From a virus, in the IMG/VR virus record IMGVR_UViG_3300035698_017497, positions 61,757 through 125,756 of that record: a stretch of DNA of 64,000 bases. The stretch is one strand, 5' to 3'. The notes under the pieces were generated by a model. That model ran no database searches. It saw nothing but the letters and a program-made list of their open reading frames with translations, and was not told the DNA's origin. The first letter of the stretch is position 1. Every line of letters starts with the position of its first letter. The position numbers and the translations under genes were made by a program. Positions 46,387 to 57,700 of the stretch are shown here, piece after piece.

Positions 46387-48204
46387 TTATTTATTAATTT
46401 CAGCAACCCTGGAAAGTACCGACAAATCAAATGATAGCTTCTCTTTAGCTTTGACTTTTTTCTGAATCATTTCTTCGATAGTATCTTGACAAACTATATC
46501 TATCGCAGTGACTTTTTTCATCTGACCGTTTCTGTGCTGCCTACCTATAGCTTGATCTCGCTCAACAAACGAATATGTATTCTCATAAAATATCATATAA
46601 TTTGAGTACTGCACGTTTTGGCCTACGCCAACCTTTTTAATAGATGCTACAAAGAATCTGTATTTAGGATCACGAAATTCTTGAACCTTGTCATATGCAT
46701 CATCTTTACTGCCGCATGTCAATACTGCATTTTCGCCATATTTTTTCTGCAAGCGCTTGGTTACAGACATTACACTATGACGAAATGCGCACCAGATTAT
46801 AATTTTGATATTTTTTGGAAAATCGTCAAGGCTTTTAACTAACACATCCTCTTTTTTGTTTTGCTCTAATACTATGGTGTTTGTTTTCTTAATCTCTTCA
46901 CCATTGGGCATCTTAACAATAACTTTATTTTTATAAAATCCAGAAGCGATTTGTCTAAGCTTTACGACTAGCACTAGTGAGTTCTCAACTTGAACTTCGT
47001 TGCTACATATAGTCCTATCACAATCCTTACTCATATCACAATTATCGCACATGTTATTTATATGAGCAGCAAGCTCTTCCTTCATATGATTATAAACAAC
47101 CATCTGTTTACTTCCGAGCTCAACATTAATCTGCTTGTATGTTAAATCAGGTATGTCTATACAATCTTCCTTCTTGAATGTTACGGCATACCTATTAATC
47201 ATTTTACCTACAGCGACTCTGGCTCCTTTGCGCTCAACCCATACATGCTTATTTTTATCAACTGCACGCATATAGTAATTTCTGAATGCGTAGTAGTTAG
47301 ATATAGGAAGAGTGTCAGCGCCCATGAATCGATAAGGCATATAGAATGACATTAAGTTATTGGAATGAAGCGTTCCTGTAGCTATGTATTTGTATTTAAC
47401 ATTGCCGAAATGATCGAGTATAGCTTCAGTTTGTTTAGAGTCTGGAGCCCCAACCCTGTGAGCCTCGTCAAGGATAACCATTTGAAAATAATCTTTTGGA
47501 ATGAAGCCTACAAAATGCCTCACTGACTCATACCCAATAATGTAGATATCATAATCGCGATTGAATTTGCCAATCTTATATTTTTTATTAATAATTTTAT
47601 CTGCACTCTCACTCCCATGCAGGATAACCCCTGAAAGATTGGGGACTTGAATATCCATCTCAGGGATAATGTTTTTTCTCAGTGGTGCTAGAGTTATTAT
47701 TAAGGCTTTCTTAACTTGCTTACGTCTTATTCTCTCGTCAATTGCCCACAGATACGGACCAGTTTTGCAAGTGCCTGGATCAGATAGCAGCGCAGCCTTA
47801 GATGAAAAAACCATCATGTTGTACATTATTTTCTGATGCGCGAGAGGATTGTACTCTCCGCTATAATCATAATCGAAATAGATTCCATTGTGGCTTCCGT
47901 CAGGATTCGCCACCAGGCCTTTTCGATATTGTTTCTTAATCTTTTCAAGCTTATCTAGCTCATTCATATGACTGTCGTTAAATGCCGCTATTTTAGCCGT
48001 TGCAGTTGGGGTCATTTTAATTTGCTTACCCTTAGCTGCTCTAAAAATGTTGAGACATCCATCGAGAGGAACAAATACCCTAAATCTCCTTTTGTCAAGA
48101 TATCCGTCAGTATACCCGGTTATCTTTTTTAAAAGATCCTCATTTGCACATTGAACTATAAGCTCCTCGGTATTTTCTGGATTCTCTGAAATTTTAACCA
48201 TCAT
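46387..48204 (-). CDS. SNF2-family (superfamily 2) helicase/ATPase
   Basis: Motif I 'DPGTCKT', II 'ILDEAH', III 'ATGT', V 'VGVGQN', VI 'QAIGRQHRNGQ'. Confidence 0.9.
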   Translation of the reverse strand: MMVKISENPENTEELIVQCANEDLLKKITGYTDGYLDKRRFRVFVPLDGCLNIFRAAKGKQIKMTPTATAKIAAFNDSHMNELDKLEKIKKQYRKGLVANPDGSHNGIYFDYDYSGEYNPLAHQKIMYNMMVFSSKAALLSDPGTCKTGPYLWAIDERIRRKQVKKALIITLAPLRKNIIPEMDIQVPNLSGVILHGSESADKIINKKYKIGKFNRDYDIYIIGYESVRHFVGFIPKDYFQMVILDEAHRVGAPDSKQTEAILDHFGNVKYKYIATGTLHSNNLMSFYMPYRFMGADTLPISNYYAFRNYYMRAVDKNKHVWVERKGARVAVGKMINRYAVTFKKEDCIDIPDLTYKQINVELGSKQMVVYNHMKEELAAHINNMCDNCDMSKDCDRTICSNEVQVENSLVLVVKLRQIASGFYKNKVIVKMPNGEEIKKTNTIVLEQNKKEDVLVKSLDDFPKNIKIIIWCAFRHSVMSVTKRLQKKYGENAVLTCGSKDDAYDKVQEFRDPKYRFFVASIKKVGVGQNVQYSNYMIFYENTYSFVERDQAIGRQHRNGQMKKVTAIDIVCQDTIEEMIQKKVKAKEKLSFDLSVLSRVAEINK

Positions 48205-48739
48205 CAGTACTCACCCAGTTAAAGTATCCTGTAATAATTTTATTTACCTTAACGATAACAACAAATTCAAGAGATTGCTTATCGTTTGACCATCTCTTTA
48301 ATTTAAAATTATACCTATACTGTTCACTCATGCCAGACCCACGTCCCTCTTCAAAGGTGTAAGACTTTTCGGAGAAAGCTTTAGCAATCGCAGTAAGTAT
48401 GAATGACTTAAAATTAGACGGTGTTATGATAGACTTCTTAACATCTCTATTGTAAATATCATTGTAGGCTTCGTAATCCTCTCTGATTGCATGTTCAAAT
48501 CTTTCTATGATCTGAGTAAAGCCATGGTCAGTAATGTATAAAGCTATAGCGTCCCAGTCGGAGCTATTCTCTGCATTCTCAAGTACCACTCTTTCACAAT
48601 CAGCCTTGACCCTTTTGAGGTTTGCAGCGTCATGTTCGATATCATTGAGATCACTTGCAGCCTTAGCATAGTCAAGGGCCACAGACTCAATTTTATTACC
48701 CACAATTTCCTCCAGTGTATTTGAATTTAATAATTCCAT
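48194..48739 (-). CDS. Hypothetical protein
   Basis: 181-aa ORF in a co-directional, overlapping gene run. Confidence 0.6.
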   Translation of the reverse strand: MELLNSNTLEEIVGNKIESVALDYAKAASDLNDIEHDAANLKRVKADCERVVLENAENSSDWDAIALYITDHGFTQIIERFEHAIREDYEAYNDIYNRDVKKSIITPSNFKSFILTAIAKAFSEKSYTFEEGRGSGMSEQYRYNFKLKRWSNDKQSLEFVVIVKVNKIITGYFNWVSTDDG

Positions 48740-49436
48740 TAGGATGCATAAAATTATCGGAATTAAATGCTCCTACATATTTATACTTATCAATACTTTT
48801 ACTTTTTCCGCACATTCCAATTAACTCAGATGTATTTCTTCCAGTTCTATAGTAGCTGCCTCTATGGTCGTAAAGGCGATACGACACAACGCTTTTATCA
48901 TTGTAGTCTGAGACATACGCATACAGATCGCCTCTTTTGATAATGTCGTATCCTGATAGCGAAAAGCTTATCCTTGGATAATATAGGAAGTTTTTCACCA
49001 TAGACATCGCGCAGTCTACTGGAATAACCACTCTTCCACCTTGAGTAAAATAAGGTGCAGCAATACGCCTCTGAGGCTTTATTACTTTTTTTCCTGCCCA
49101 GTGAAAGTTTACAGTAGAACTATTTGAGATAACTCTCATTATCTCATTGTCGTCCGGGAATATTCTATTAACATATTGAATGATTCTCATCTGATGGTAC
49201 TTACTATATTGACTCGGCAGCACAATATAAACTTTCCCATCTTCAATGAGAGTCTTTGCAATTTCTTCACCATAAAGCAAAGCATTATCAGGGTTATGAA
49301 TTTTGAATACAAGGGACGCTGTACGCCCCTCGCATTCCTGAAGAACTCTAACCTCTTTTAATTCATGACCCTTTATAATACTCATAGAGTACTCTGAATA
49401 CACTCTGAGTTTACGAGAGAAAGGAATCTTATACAT
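48696..49436 (-). CDS. Hypothetical protein
   Basis: 246-aa ORF overlapping both neighbours. Confidence 0.6.
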   Translation of the reverse strand: MYKIPFSRKLRVYSEYSMSIIKGHELKEVRVLQECEGRTASLVFKIHNPDNALLYGEEIAKTLIEDGKVYIVLPSQYSKYHQMRIIQYVNRIFPDDNEIMRVISNSSTVNFHWAGKKVIKPQRRIAAPYFTQGGRVVIPVDCAMSMVKNFLYYPRISFSLSGYDIIKRGDLYAYVSDYNDKSVVSYRLYDHRGSYYRTGRNTSELIGMCGKSKSIDKYKYVGAFNSDNFMHPNGIIKFKYTGGNCG

Positions 49437-51477
49437 TTATATAACCTTTTTTCTCAACCTCTTCAACGGTTGCGGCTACAAATTTATTAGTCTTCTTCAC
49501 TGATGTGAACATTTCAATATCCTTATCCTTAAGTTTTAGCCCAAGCTTCTTAACCATCTTCTCGAAGTTAGCCTTGGTGAGACTCAGGAAAGATAATATC
49601 TTACCTTTATCTATCTCGTATCTCTTAAGGACTTCTATCATTGAAATTATATCATAATTAGAACTCTCTAAGGTGTAGAAGCTAAGCCTTGCGTCTTCAT
49701 CTATAACAACAGGCTCGTCGCTATTTTTGATATAATTCTTACATTCTTTTGAAAGACGATCTGATTCAAGCTTGTTCTGCTCAACCTTCTTCCATGCCTT
49801 TGCGCACGATTCTGCAGAGTTGACCACTATCTGATCCATCTCGCCAAGACTCTCAACCATATTGTTGAATAGTGTGCAATGGCCAAGTTCGGCAACGTGG
49901 CAGCCGGCACAAAACTCATTACGGTTAGGTCTAAAGGCGTCTTCTGTTTTTGCAACCTCAGCCTCTACGGCTTTAACATTTGTATCGATCCACTCTTCGA
50001 CATCTTTTATGAGACGGTTGATGTGTTCTACGCCAGATATCACAAGGTCAACAGACTGGTTGAATCTTATGTAGTCTATGCGGATAACTATTTCGTCAAC
50101 ACCGTTCTCTCCGCCAATTTGCAGTCCAAGATTTTTGATAACCATATACGCATACATCTTGGTTTGAATATCCCTAGACATCTTTTCTGCAGATAGCATA
50201 GTTCTGGAGCTTTTGTAGTCAGTTATTACTAACGAGTTATTGAAGAAATCTATAACATCAGCAATTCCTCTTATGAACACATTCTTATCAAAGAATCCTG
50301 TTGGATTTCCCTCTTTGTCAAGCGCCATCTTGCGCTCAAAAATTGACAGTTCTCCAGTAAGCTGCGTAAAATCGTGAGACCTATAAAACATTCCCATGAT
50401 AATATCAACATCCTTCACAAGGTCTGGATTGTTACACCCCTGACTTGCTTTGGCTATATTGCATATCGATGTATAAGACTCAAGATCAGGCATGGAAGGA
50501 TTTTCGTATTCCACATCCTCTTCTGAAATGTAGCCATCAACCTCAAGGAATAGTTCTGAGAATTTAGAAAATCCAGTAAGCTCTGGGGTAAGCTTTTTAT
50601 TATTGTATATATCTCTAGCAGTTTGAGAAAGCTCGTCGTACGACAGTGGATCCTTGTCAGTATTTCTAGAGTAAGAGACGTACATATTTACCCACTTCTC
50701 GCGGTGGCACCATTTACCGCATGCTTCAGCTATGGAATGACAAGTCTTTCCCACGACGAAGTAATCTTTTGCATCCTCATATGTTTTCTTTAAATAACTG
50801 TAATACCATTTTAATGGACATTGCACAAACGAGTTGAGTCGTGAGTACGAGTATCCCATTTTGGCTACAGCTTTTCTATCGGAAACATCTGGAGACACTC
50901 CATTTACTTTTTTAACTTCAGACATGAATAAATCCTCCTGATTCTTTCCAGCCTCTTCAAGGCTATGCAGTTTAATGAACAGCTCTATATTTTTGTCGAC
51001 ATCATAAGATGCCCTATGGGCAAGTTTATCATCCCATTTAATATTCAATTTTTTGCACATGCCCTTAAGCTTGTGTCTACCCTTAAATGCCTCCCTTGAC
51101 ATTTCGAGAGTGTCATAAACTTCTGATGGTTCAATCATTAAAAATTTAATATCAAAATTCTTAATGTTATGACCAACGACTATTCTGTTGCCGACCATTT
51201 TTGCTAACTGTTCTCTGATTCCGTCCTTTAGGTAGTTAGGGCTATCCTTGACCATATCTGAAGTTATTCCATTAATCTTTGTAGTCTCGAGAGGTATAAT
51301 TCCAGACATGGGATGACACAGAGTTGAGAAAGATTTTCCCCTGATTCCACCCAAATTGAATTCAGTGGCGGTAACCTCTACTATTTCGTCTGTTCCGTCA
51401 GGCCATGGGTTCAGCCCGTTAGTCTCAGTGTCTATGCATACAAACGGGAAGTCTATAAGGCTATCACTCACTATCAT
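49429..51477 (-). CDS. DEDDh (DnaQ-like) 3'-5' exonuclease fused to a PD-(D/E)XK Cas4/AddB-like nuclease
   Basis: N-terminal 'IDTETNGL', 'GHNIKNFD', 'AHRASYDV'. C-terminal 'SYSRLNSFVQCP', 'RGIADVI', 'ITDYKS', 'QTKMYA', 'CAGCHVAELGHC'. Confidence 0.85.
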   Translation of the reverse strand: MIVSDSLIDFPFVCIDTETNGLNPWPDGTDEIVEVTATEFNLGGIRGKSFSTLCHPMSGIIPLETTKINGITSDMVKDSPNYLKDGIREQLAKMVGNRIVVGHNIKNFDIKFLMIEPSEVYDTLEMSREAFKGRHKLKGMCKKLNIKWDDKLAHRASYDVDKNIELFIKLHSLEEAGKNQEDLFMSEVKKVNGVSPDVSDRKAVAKMGYSYSRLNSFVQCPLKWYYSYLKKTYEDAKDYFVVGKTCHSIAEACGKWCHREKWVNMYVSYSRNTDKDPLSYDELSQTARDIYNNKKLTPELTGFSKFSELFLEVDGYISEEDVEYENPSMPDLESYTSICNIAKASQGCNNPDLVKDVDIIMGMFYRSHDFTQLTGELSIFERKMALDKEGNPTGFFDKNVFIRGIADVIDFFNNSLVITDYKSSRTMLSAEKMSRDIQTKMYAYMVIKNLGLQIGGENGVDEIVIRIDYIRFNQSVDLVISGVEHINRLIKDVEEWIDTNVKAVEAEVAKTEDAFRPNRNEFCAGCHVAELGHCTLFNNMVESLGEMDQIVVNSAESCAKAWKKVEQNKLESDRLSKECKNYIKNSDEPVVIDEDARLSFYTLESSNYDIISMIEVLKRYEIDKGKILSFLSLTKANFEKMVKKLGLKLKDKDIEMFTSVKKTNKFVAATVEEVEKKGYINV

Positions 51478-51967
51478 TCTCCAATGCTTTTAGTCTATCG
51501 GTTTCCCATATAAATCCATTATCATTGAATGTCATAACATCCCTGATAGACGATAGTTTAAGGCTTTTATTTTCAAAGTTTTTATCCACCTTATCAAGAA
51601 TCCATTTAAGCTTATCAATGACATTAAGATGATATCTAAGCTCAGCTGCAGTATTAGACAGGTTGCTTTTTCTAATTAGAATGTTGCTAATGTATGATAA
51701 TTCACTAGGACTAAAGTCGCATAATATATTTGTAAACTCTTTCCTAACAGTTACATTGTATTCTTTTTCTATACCTATTTCAAGCTCTTCTATTCTGCCA
51801 TGTAATGTTTTATTTTTTATACATAGTTCTGAGACATTGTACTGTGCAGTTCCAAGTGCAAAAGCTTTTTTGTCATACTTACAATTGACCACGTACCATT
51901 TACGTATGTAAATTGCCGCAACAATTATAGATATTGCTAATAATGGTATTCCTATAAAATAATGCAT
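51464..51967 (-). CDS. Hypothetical protein with N-terminal transmembrane helix
   Basis: 'FIGIPLLAISIIVAAIYI'; AGGAGG RBS. Confidence 0.65.
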   Translation of the reverse strand: MHYFIGIPLLAISIIVAAIYIRKWYVVNCKYDKKAFALGTAQYNVSELCIKNKTLHGRIEELEIGIEKEYNVTVRKEFTNILCDFSPSELSYISNILIRKSNLSNTAAELRYHLNVIDKLKWILDKVDKNFENKSLKLSSIRDVMTFNDNGFIWETDRLKALENDSE

Positions 51968-52001
51968 CCAATCCTCCTGTATAGTTAATAGCTAAAAGTA
52001 T

Positions 52002-52196
52002 TTATCTAATTTTTTTCTGATTCACTGTTTTGCAATTCTTGCAAGTTCCAATTGCTGTAAAATAGCCGTTAGATGTTGATCCTGGATTCGTGGATGCTTT
52101 AATGACTAGGTCCATACTTTCGCCACACTCAATACATTCAATTGGGTACAACTTACTTCTGTGGGGCGGAGTTTTGCTCATTTCTCTCATAGTCAA
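52002..52196 (-). CDS. Small zinc-ribbon protein
   Basis: CIEC...CKNC; GGAG RBS. Confidence 0.6.
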   Translation of the reverse strand: MTMREMSKTPPHRSKLYPIECIECGESMDLVIKASTNPGSTSNGYFTAIGTCKNCKTVNQKKIR

Positions 52197-52217
52197 ATTC
52201 TCCGTATTAAAATGTGG

Positions 52218-52243
52218 TTGGGGTTGACACGTGTCAACCCCAA
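52218..52243. repeat. 26-bp perfect spacerless palindrome
   Basis: TTGGGGTTGACACGTGTCAACCCCAA equals its own reverse complement. Confidence 0.95.
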
Positions 52244-52261
52244 TGAAAAATATACTAAACT

Positions 52262-53308
52262 CTACTCATCGTCAAGAGCAGACGCTGCTGCTGCCTGGAT
52301 CCCTGAAGATGGCGTTGCTGCCACTTTAGCATCCTCGTCAACGACAGGCGCGTTGTCAGTAACTATTCCGATCGGCTCTTCTATAACCACCTCGGCGTCT
52401 TCATTATCAATATCTTCTGGTGAGGATATCAATTTAGAGCCTGGTAAGTTTGAGCCAATCTTTACAGTTTCAGAAATCGCACTGCTGATAAGCTGAAAAA
52501 CATTATCCTGCTTGATGATCGCAAGTACAGGTTCGCTTATATCATTTTCAACCTCTTTTGAAGGTATCAACTCTGTGACATAAACCTCCCTGCCTCCAGA
52601 TATTATCTTGGTATGTTTTAAGTAGAAGACCATTCCGAGCAGACCTTTAAATTCTGCTGACGGATCTGTCTGTCTACGAATAGCATATGCAAGTTTCTGC
52701 TTCTCAAAAATGTTGTTTAACATACTCTCGATACCTGTTACGGTGTTGAGAGAGTTAGTTGACATTTTGTAAGGTCTAAGCAGGCTGAGGTCAACCTCTG
52801 GCCACAAGACTAGCGATCCATTCACATGGCATTTGCCGTCTATGTAATCTGGGCATTTCTTGAATTCGCATTTGCGATCAACGTATACTCTCTCGCCTTT
52901 TTCCTCAGTCATAAACTGAGCTGTAGTACCTTCACCGTAACCTTTGCAGACAATTTCTTGCTTGGCGTTATACATTCCAAGAAAACTTGTCCACATTTGA
53001 TCGAGTGTTGGAACCATGGATATGCATTTGATGTACGTTGGAGCCTCCTGCTTTGTTACTTCGCGTAACTTTGCCTGGATCTCCTCGTTCTCTTTCCATA
53101 CCTTTCGTTCCACTATACGCTTACTCGCCCCAGAGCCAAGGCGCTTCTTCTCCATAGTGCTCTTAAGGAATCTAAAATGCCCGGCAGCAACCGGGTAGTT
53201 ATCCTTATTTGGGCCTTCTCCAGGAGCAAAACCCGTAGAGATTTTGCCCTTGAATTGAATCTTGGTAGTTTTAGCTACCCCATTCTCTGCTGTTAAACCA
53301 TTGATCAT
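52262..53308 (-). CDS. Gp3-like (recombination directionality factor-like) phage protein
   Basis: 'GKISTG...YPVAAGHF', 'CKGYGEG', 'C...CPDY...GKCHVNGSL' pattern; sits in a recombination cluster; GAGGTG RBS. Confidence 0.6.
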   Translation of the reverse strand: MINGLTAENGVAKTTKIQFKGKISTGFAPGEGPNKDNYPVAAGHFRFLKSTMEKKRLGSGASKRIVERKVWKENEEIQAKLREVTKQEAPTYIKCISMVPTLDQMWTSFLGMYNAKQEIVCKGYGEGTTAQFMTEEKGERVYVDRKCEFKKCPDYIDGKCHVNGSLVLWPEVDLSLLRPYKMSTNSLNTVTGIESMLNNIFEKQKLAYAIRRQTDPSAEFKGLLGMVFYLKHTKIISGGREVYVTELIPSKEVENDISEPVLAIIKQDNVFQLISSAISETVKIGSNLPGSKLISSPEDIDNEDAEVVIEEPIGIVTDNAPVVDEDAKVAATPSSGIQAAAASALDDE

Positions 53309-53322
53309 CTATCACCTCATTA

Positions 53323-54048
53323 TTAAAATGGTAGGTCGTCTTCTACAATATCGCTACTTCCTGCACGTTCGCTGGTAACGCCAGCTTCGCTTGTATTTCC
53401 GGTAGGAATACCAATATCTCCGGAATCTCCGGATGGATCAGCTGAGATGTCGCCAACTATCTGCACATCATCATCGCCTGTAGCCTCTCTGAAGCTGCTT
53501 ACATCCATCTTGATAGCTCCACTTGGAGCAAGATCTTCCACGATTTCCACGAGGAAAGTTCTGTTACAGATGTCTGGGGTGTTAATAATCTTAACGTTCT
53601 CGCCATCCATCTCAGCTTCAGTTATAAGATTTTTCAGAACCCAGTCAACATCGTCAGGATGTACATCTTTTGTTCCGACAAGTTTTGCGATAACGCCTTT
53701 TGCATATTTTGCAATATTTTCACGTTTGGTCTCGTCAGCTTCTGCGCCTGCCCATAGAGGGAAGTTGTAGAATGTGTAGTCTCCTGCAGCGATTGGCCCG
53801 ATAGCCTTTATCGCTTTAAAGCTCATTTTAAACATCACTGTCTTAGTGGATGCTTCCTCAAGGCGTGGCCCGGTAACAAGTTCTGACTTCTTGTTATTGT
53901 AGAAGGCTACGCATGCCGGCTGCATAAGAAATGTTCCTGGGGTTTTGATTGCTTTACCGGCTTCGAATCCATCAGCTGACGCTTTGTCATACGCTGATGA
54001 TGATGCCGCTGCCTGGTTCCGGTAACGATCTGCTAAATTTTCACTCAT
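53323..54048 (-). CDS. Probable single-stranded DNA-binding protein
   Basis: Acidic disordered tail ending 'EDDLPF'; between the primase-helicase and recombination genes; AAGGAG RBS. Confidence 0.6.
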   Translation of the reverse strand: MSENLADRYRNQAAASSSAYDKASADGFEAGKAIKTPGTFLMQPACVAFYNNKKSELVTGPRLEEASTKTVMFKMSFKAIKAIGPIAAGDYTFYNFPLWAGAEADETKRENIAKYAKGVIAKLVGTKDVHPDDVDWVLKNLITEAEMDGENVKIINTPDICNRTFLVEIVEDLAPSGAIKMDVSSFREATGDDDVQIVGDISADPSGDSGDIGIPTGNTSEAGVTSERAGSSDIVEDDLPF

Positions 54049-54079
54049 ACAAACTCCTTCTGTTAATTAAAAGATTCTA

Positions 54080-54095
54080 TTACTATTATTATAGC
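54080..54095 (-). promoter_or_regulatory. Putative promoter (GCTATAATAATAGTAA)
   Basis: TATAAT plus the shared AATAGT extension, upstream of the SSB-like gene. Confidence 0.5.
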
Positions 54096-54100
54096 TACAA

Positions 54101-54751
54101 TTAAAGCTTAATAACATCGAACTTTTCAAAGAATTCTTTCATGCCTTCCTTGTCTACCTCGGCCTTATTAACCATATTGTCGTAGGGCACCACATTGATA
54201 GGTTGAGGCTTGTCCCATCCTATCTCTATATGAATATCATCCATATACTTTAAAAGAAGAATATCATAATCGAAGTATTCGCCAATTAGGTCTAGGACAT
54301 TTTGCCCTATCTCCTCAATAACATCATCTTCATTATGAATATGCCTAACCCCTTCGAGTAAATTCTGAATTAGAGTAGATAACCCATCTCCAGAACTGTG
54401 CTCAAAATCAGTATGGCATTTAATGTAAATTGCAAGTTCGCGATCAGCTTTGAATTTTCTCTCTAGCAATATCGCGAACCCTTTATTCACACTGTTTGAC
54501 GCCACAATAGCATCTTTTAAATTTACACTAGGATCCGCTTTGTCCTTATCGAGATGCCCTAGCGATACTAGCTTTTTCATGGAAGCTTCTATTTTATTAG
54601 TCTCCCACTGCTTAATCCCGCACGTAAAGAAAGAGTCTTCGTTCTCAGTCATTAAGCGTAGGGCTTTTTGCATTATCCTGGTTGTAGGTATTATCATCAG
54701 GTATTCATTTATCCTGTTGATTGTTTTCAAGAACCTTTGACCTTTGATCAT
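54101..54751 (-). CDS. Hypothetical protein
   Basis: 216-aa ORF; the true start may be the internal Met (MIIPTT) just after the primase-helicase stop. Confidence 0.6.
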   Translation of the reverse strand: MIKGQRFLKTINRINEYLMIIPTTRIMQKALRLMTENEDSFFTCGIKQWETNKIEASMKKLVSLGHLDKDKADPSVNLKDAIVASNSVNKGFAILLERKFKADRELAIYIKCHTDFEHSSGDGLSTLIQNLLEGVRHIHNEDDVIEEIGQNVLDLIGEYFDYDILLLKYMDDIHIEIGWDKPQPINVVPYDNMVNKAEVDKEGMKEFFEKFDVIKL

Positions 54752-57700
54752 AGCTTTTCTCCATATTATCTGATAGCCACTGTTTAAACATTTCAGTTTT
54801 TACATAACCTCGACCATCAGTGGTAAGACATCTTCTTCCCATAAGCACTCCAAGCAGAGAGCTTGCTCCATCCATCTGTCTCATTCCGGTAGTTTTACCA
54901 TTACCATTCATATTAGCGTTAACCATATAACACTTGCCCATAGCTACCCTGTTTAAATAATCTGTAAACAATGGAAGTATTGACCTTTCGGTAAAACGCT
55001 CAGTTGACATTAGCAATGTCGGATCAACATACCTAAGTATATTATCCATGAAATCCATATTCCCCAACTCCTGAGATCTCCAAACGCTTTTAGAGAAGAT
55101 GTCTAGGCGGAAGTTTTTACTACTATAGACTCTACGCATCCACTTGTCAACGTAATCTATATGTTCTTTCTTAAGGAGAACCTTGCTATGATCTCCCTCA
55201 GCAGTACTAAACGTCCTTAGTGCAATTGATATCCCCAATCTCTCTAGTTTGGCTGGCATTTCGAGATTTACCAATTGAGTCCTTGAATGAAAAACCTTTA
55301 GCAGTGCTCTTCCGGTGTCCCATATGTGCTGATGTATGCCTTCCTCATATACGACATCGTTTCCAGTTCTGGAAAATACCCACCTAATTAGCGTTTGAGC
55401 TTGATACGAGTTAAACTCATCTGTCAATGCTTTAAAGCCAAATTTAAAGCTATCAAGATCAACGTCATCAGATTTTACTATGTATGCCAGATCAAATCTA
55501 GACAATACCTGTGGAGCTCCGCACACGCCTAACAGTATATCCATACCAGTAGGTGTATCTGTACTCTTATCAGACATGTCCTTCCTAGGATTTGACAACA
55601 TTATCTTCCTTGTACGTGCTGGAATTTTTCCAGCAACTATTTTTGAAATTTCAGCGATACCATCTGATCGCATTGAGTTCATGTGAAGAAGTAACTGAAC
55701 AGATATTTCTGACAATTCATCAATAACAATAAGGCCCTTATCGTTCTGCGGAATAACTCCCCATTTAATTGTTGGAGATTTCTCAACAGTAGATACCCCT
55801 CCAATAAGTCCAGCCTCTGAGGCTCCTCCGGTACCCTCTACAATATCGCCACACTGATATAGTCTTCTCAAAGCTTTAGCTGCAATAGACTTACCAGACC
55901 TCGACTCGCCGACAATTAATACCTCAACCCACCCCCTGGTTATGCTTGGAAGTAATACGGGGTCGTCGATATTCGTAAGCGAGCAGTATGCTGAGTCGGC
56001 AACAAAGAAGATATCTCCCCTGTCGTTTAGTCCAGCAGCTTCCGAGTACATTCCGTATCTTCTGTCAAGATGCTCAGTAAGGGTCTCGCCTTTAGTCTCA
56101 GGCTTGTAGACCTTTAGGGTGTCGATTACTTCGTCTGTAATCTTAAATTTATCAATAGAAGTTTCTATCTGTCTTGTCTCGTACACATAGAATCCTCCAG
56201 ACTGATTCTTTGGAGATACCACAGATACTCCGACCATTTCGTAAGACTTATTTGGGCGCAAGTTGATGTCGCCTTTGATGTAAGCTCTGATATGACTATT
56301 GGCAGTATCGCCGCCAACATATGTCTCACTTTCCATATTGTCAGATATGTCATTTACAGGCGTCGATAGACGCGCTGTATTTATCCTAGTACTTTCAACT
56401 TCTTCAATATCCATATACCTACAAGTTCTATGCAAAAGAAGCATATCTCTGATAGCAATTTTACGCTTCTCTTCTGGAACCTCTATCATTGCAAGATAGT
56501 CTTTTACATGTACCTGAACAGAGTCTTTATCGCCCTTTTCTCCATACCTTGTAATAAGATTGAATTTTACAAAATCAGAATTGGCAAAATCTGGATGCCT
56601 GGGAAGATTGCAGTCCTTGCACGCTTTTGTTTTAAATTCACTATCCCTCATGCATTTACAACTCACATGCAATAGTTTTGGAGCAAAGAAAAATTCACTT
56701 CCAACATTCTCTACGGCTGCAACTGTGCTAAGCTCAATCGCACCATTAGGGGACATATATTCTTGTCTTCCAACAGAGTGGAGAGAAACTTTAACAGTCT
56801 TCTTCTGAGTTCTTAAGGGATTAAAATTATATGGAGAAGTCTTTCTAACCTTCTCAGCGAACCTTTCTATTGCAGTATCTCCAAAAGAATTTTTCTTCAT
56901 ATAATCCGTGAAATCTTTTTCAGATCTCTTCATCTTACCATTAACAGTCGTTACCGCGTTAGGGTCTAACCCGTAAGGATCGTCGTCGCTTTTGTTAAAA
57001 TCGATGATCTTAATTTCTTTTGCATAATTGTATAATTGCTTGGCCAGCTTTTTGGATCCAGCCACTCCTGCGTCATCAGCATCGAGGCATATTATAATGA
57101 TCTTATTTCCGAAAAGATTCTCAGCAATTTCCTTCTCGAACATTTCATCAATATTGACCCTTGAGGCTGGTCCTAAAGTTACTGCTCCATCAATATTATG
57201 CGCACATGCACATAGCGAATCCGGCTCGCCTTCGAATATGTATAAAACCTTTTCGGTAATATTTATAAACGGAAACGGAACATTAGTTTCCCTTCCAGGA
57301 AAAGGATATGTCCATTTCATACCTGTTTTATCGAAAGGGTTGTACAGCTTAACATTTATCAGACCTGTCTGATCTAACAGCGGTATAACAAATGAATTCC
57401 TCTGCTTGTCAAATCCGAGATGAAATGCCACTACAACCTTCGGGGTTATGTGCCGTTCCTTTAATAAGTATTCCATTGCTACATGGTTATTTAAAAGATT
57501 GTCAGTCCATTCGTCAAGCTTTGTATTCCAATCTTTTATAGGCTTAGATGGATCGTCGTCATAATACACTGTAATTTTTCGACGTCTATTCCACTCCTCC
57601 GCAGCTATGATGCTGTCCTTAGTATTAACCCGCTCTTCAGGAAAGTAAATCTCAACGACGTCTTTCGGGCTTTGGCTAAACTCATGCTCGCAAAAATCAA

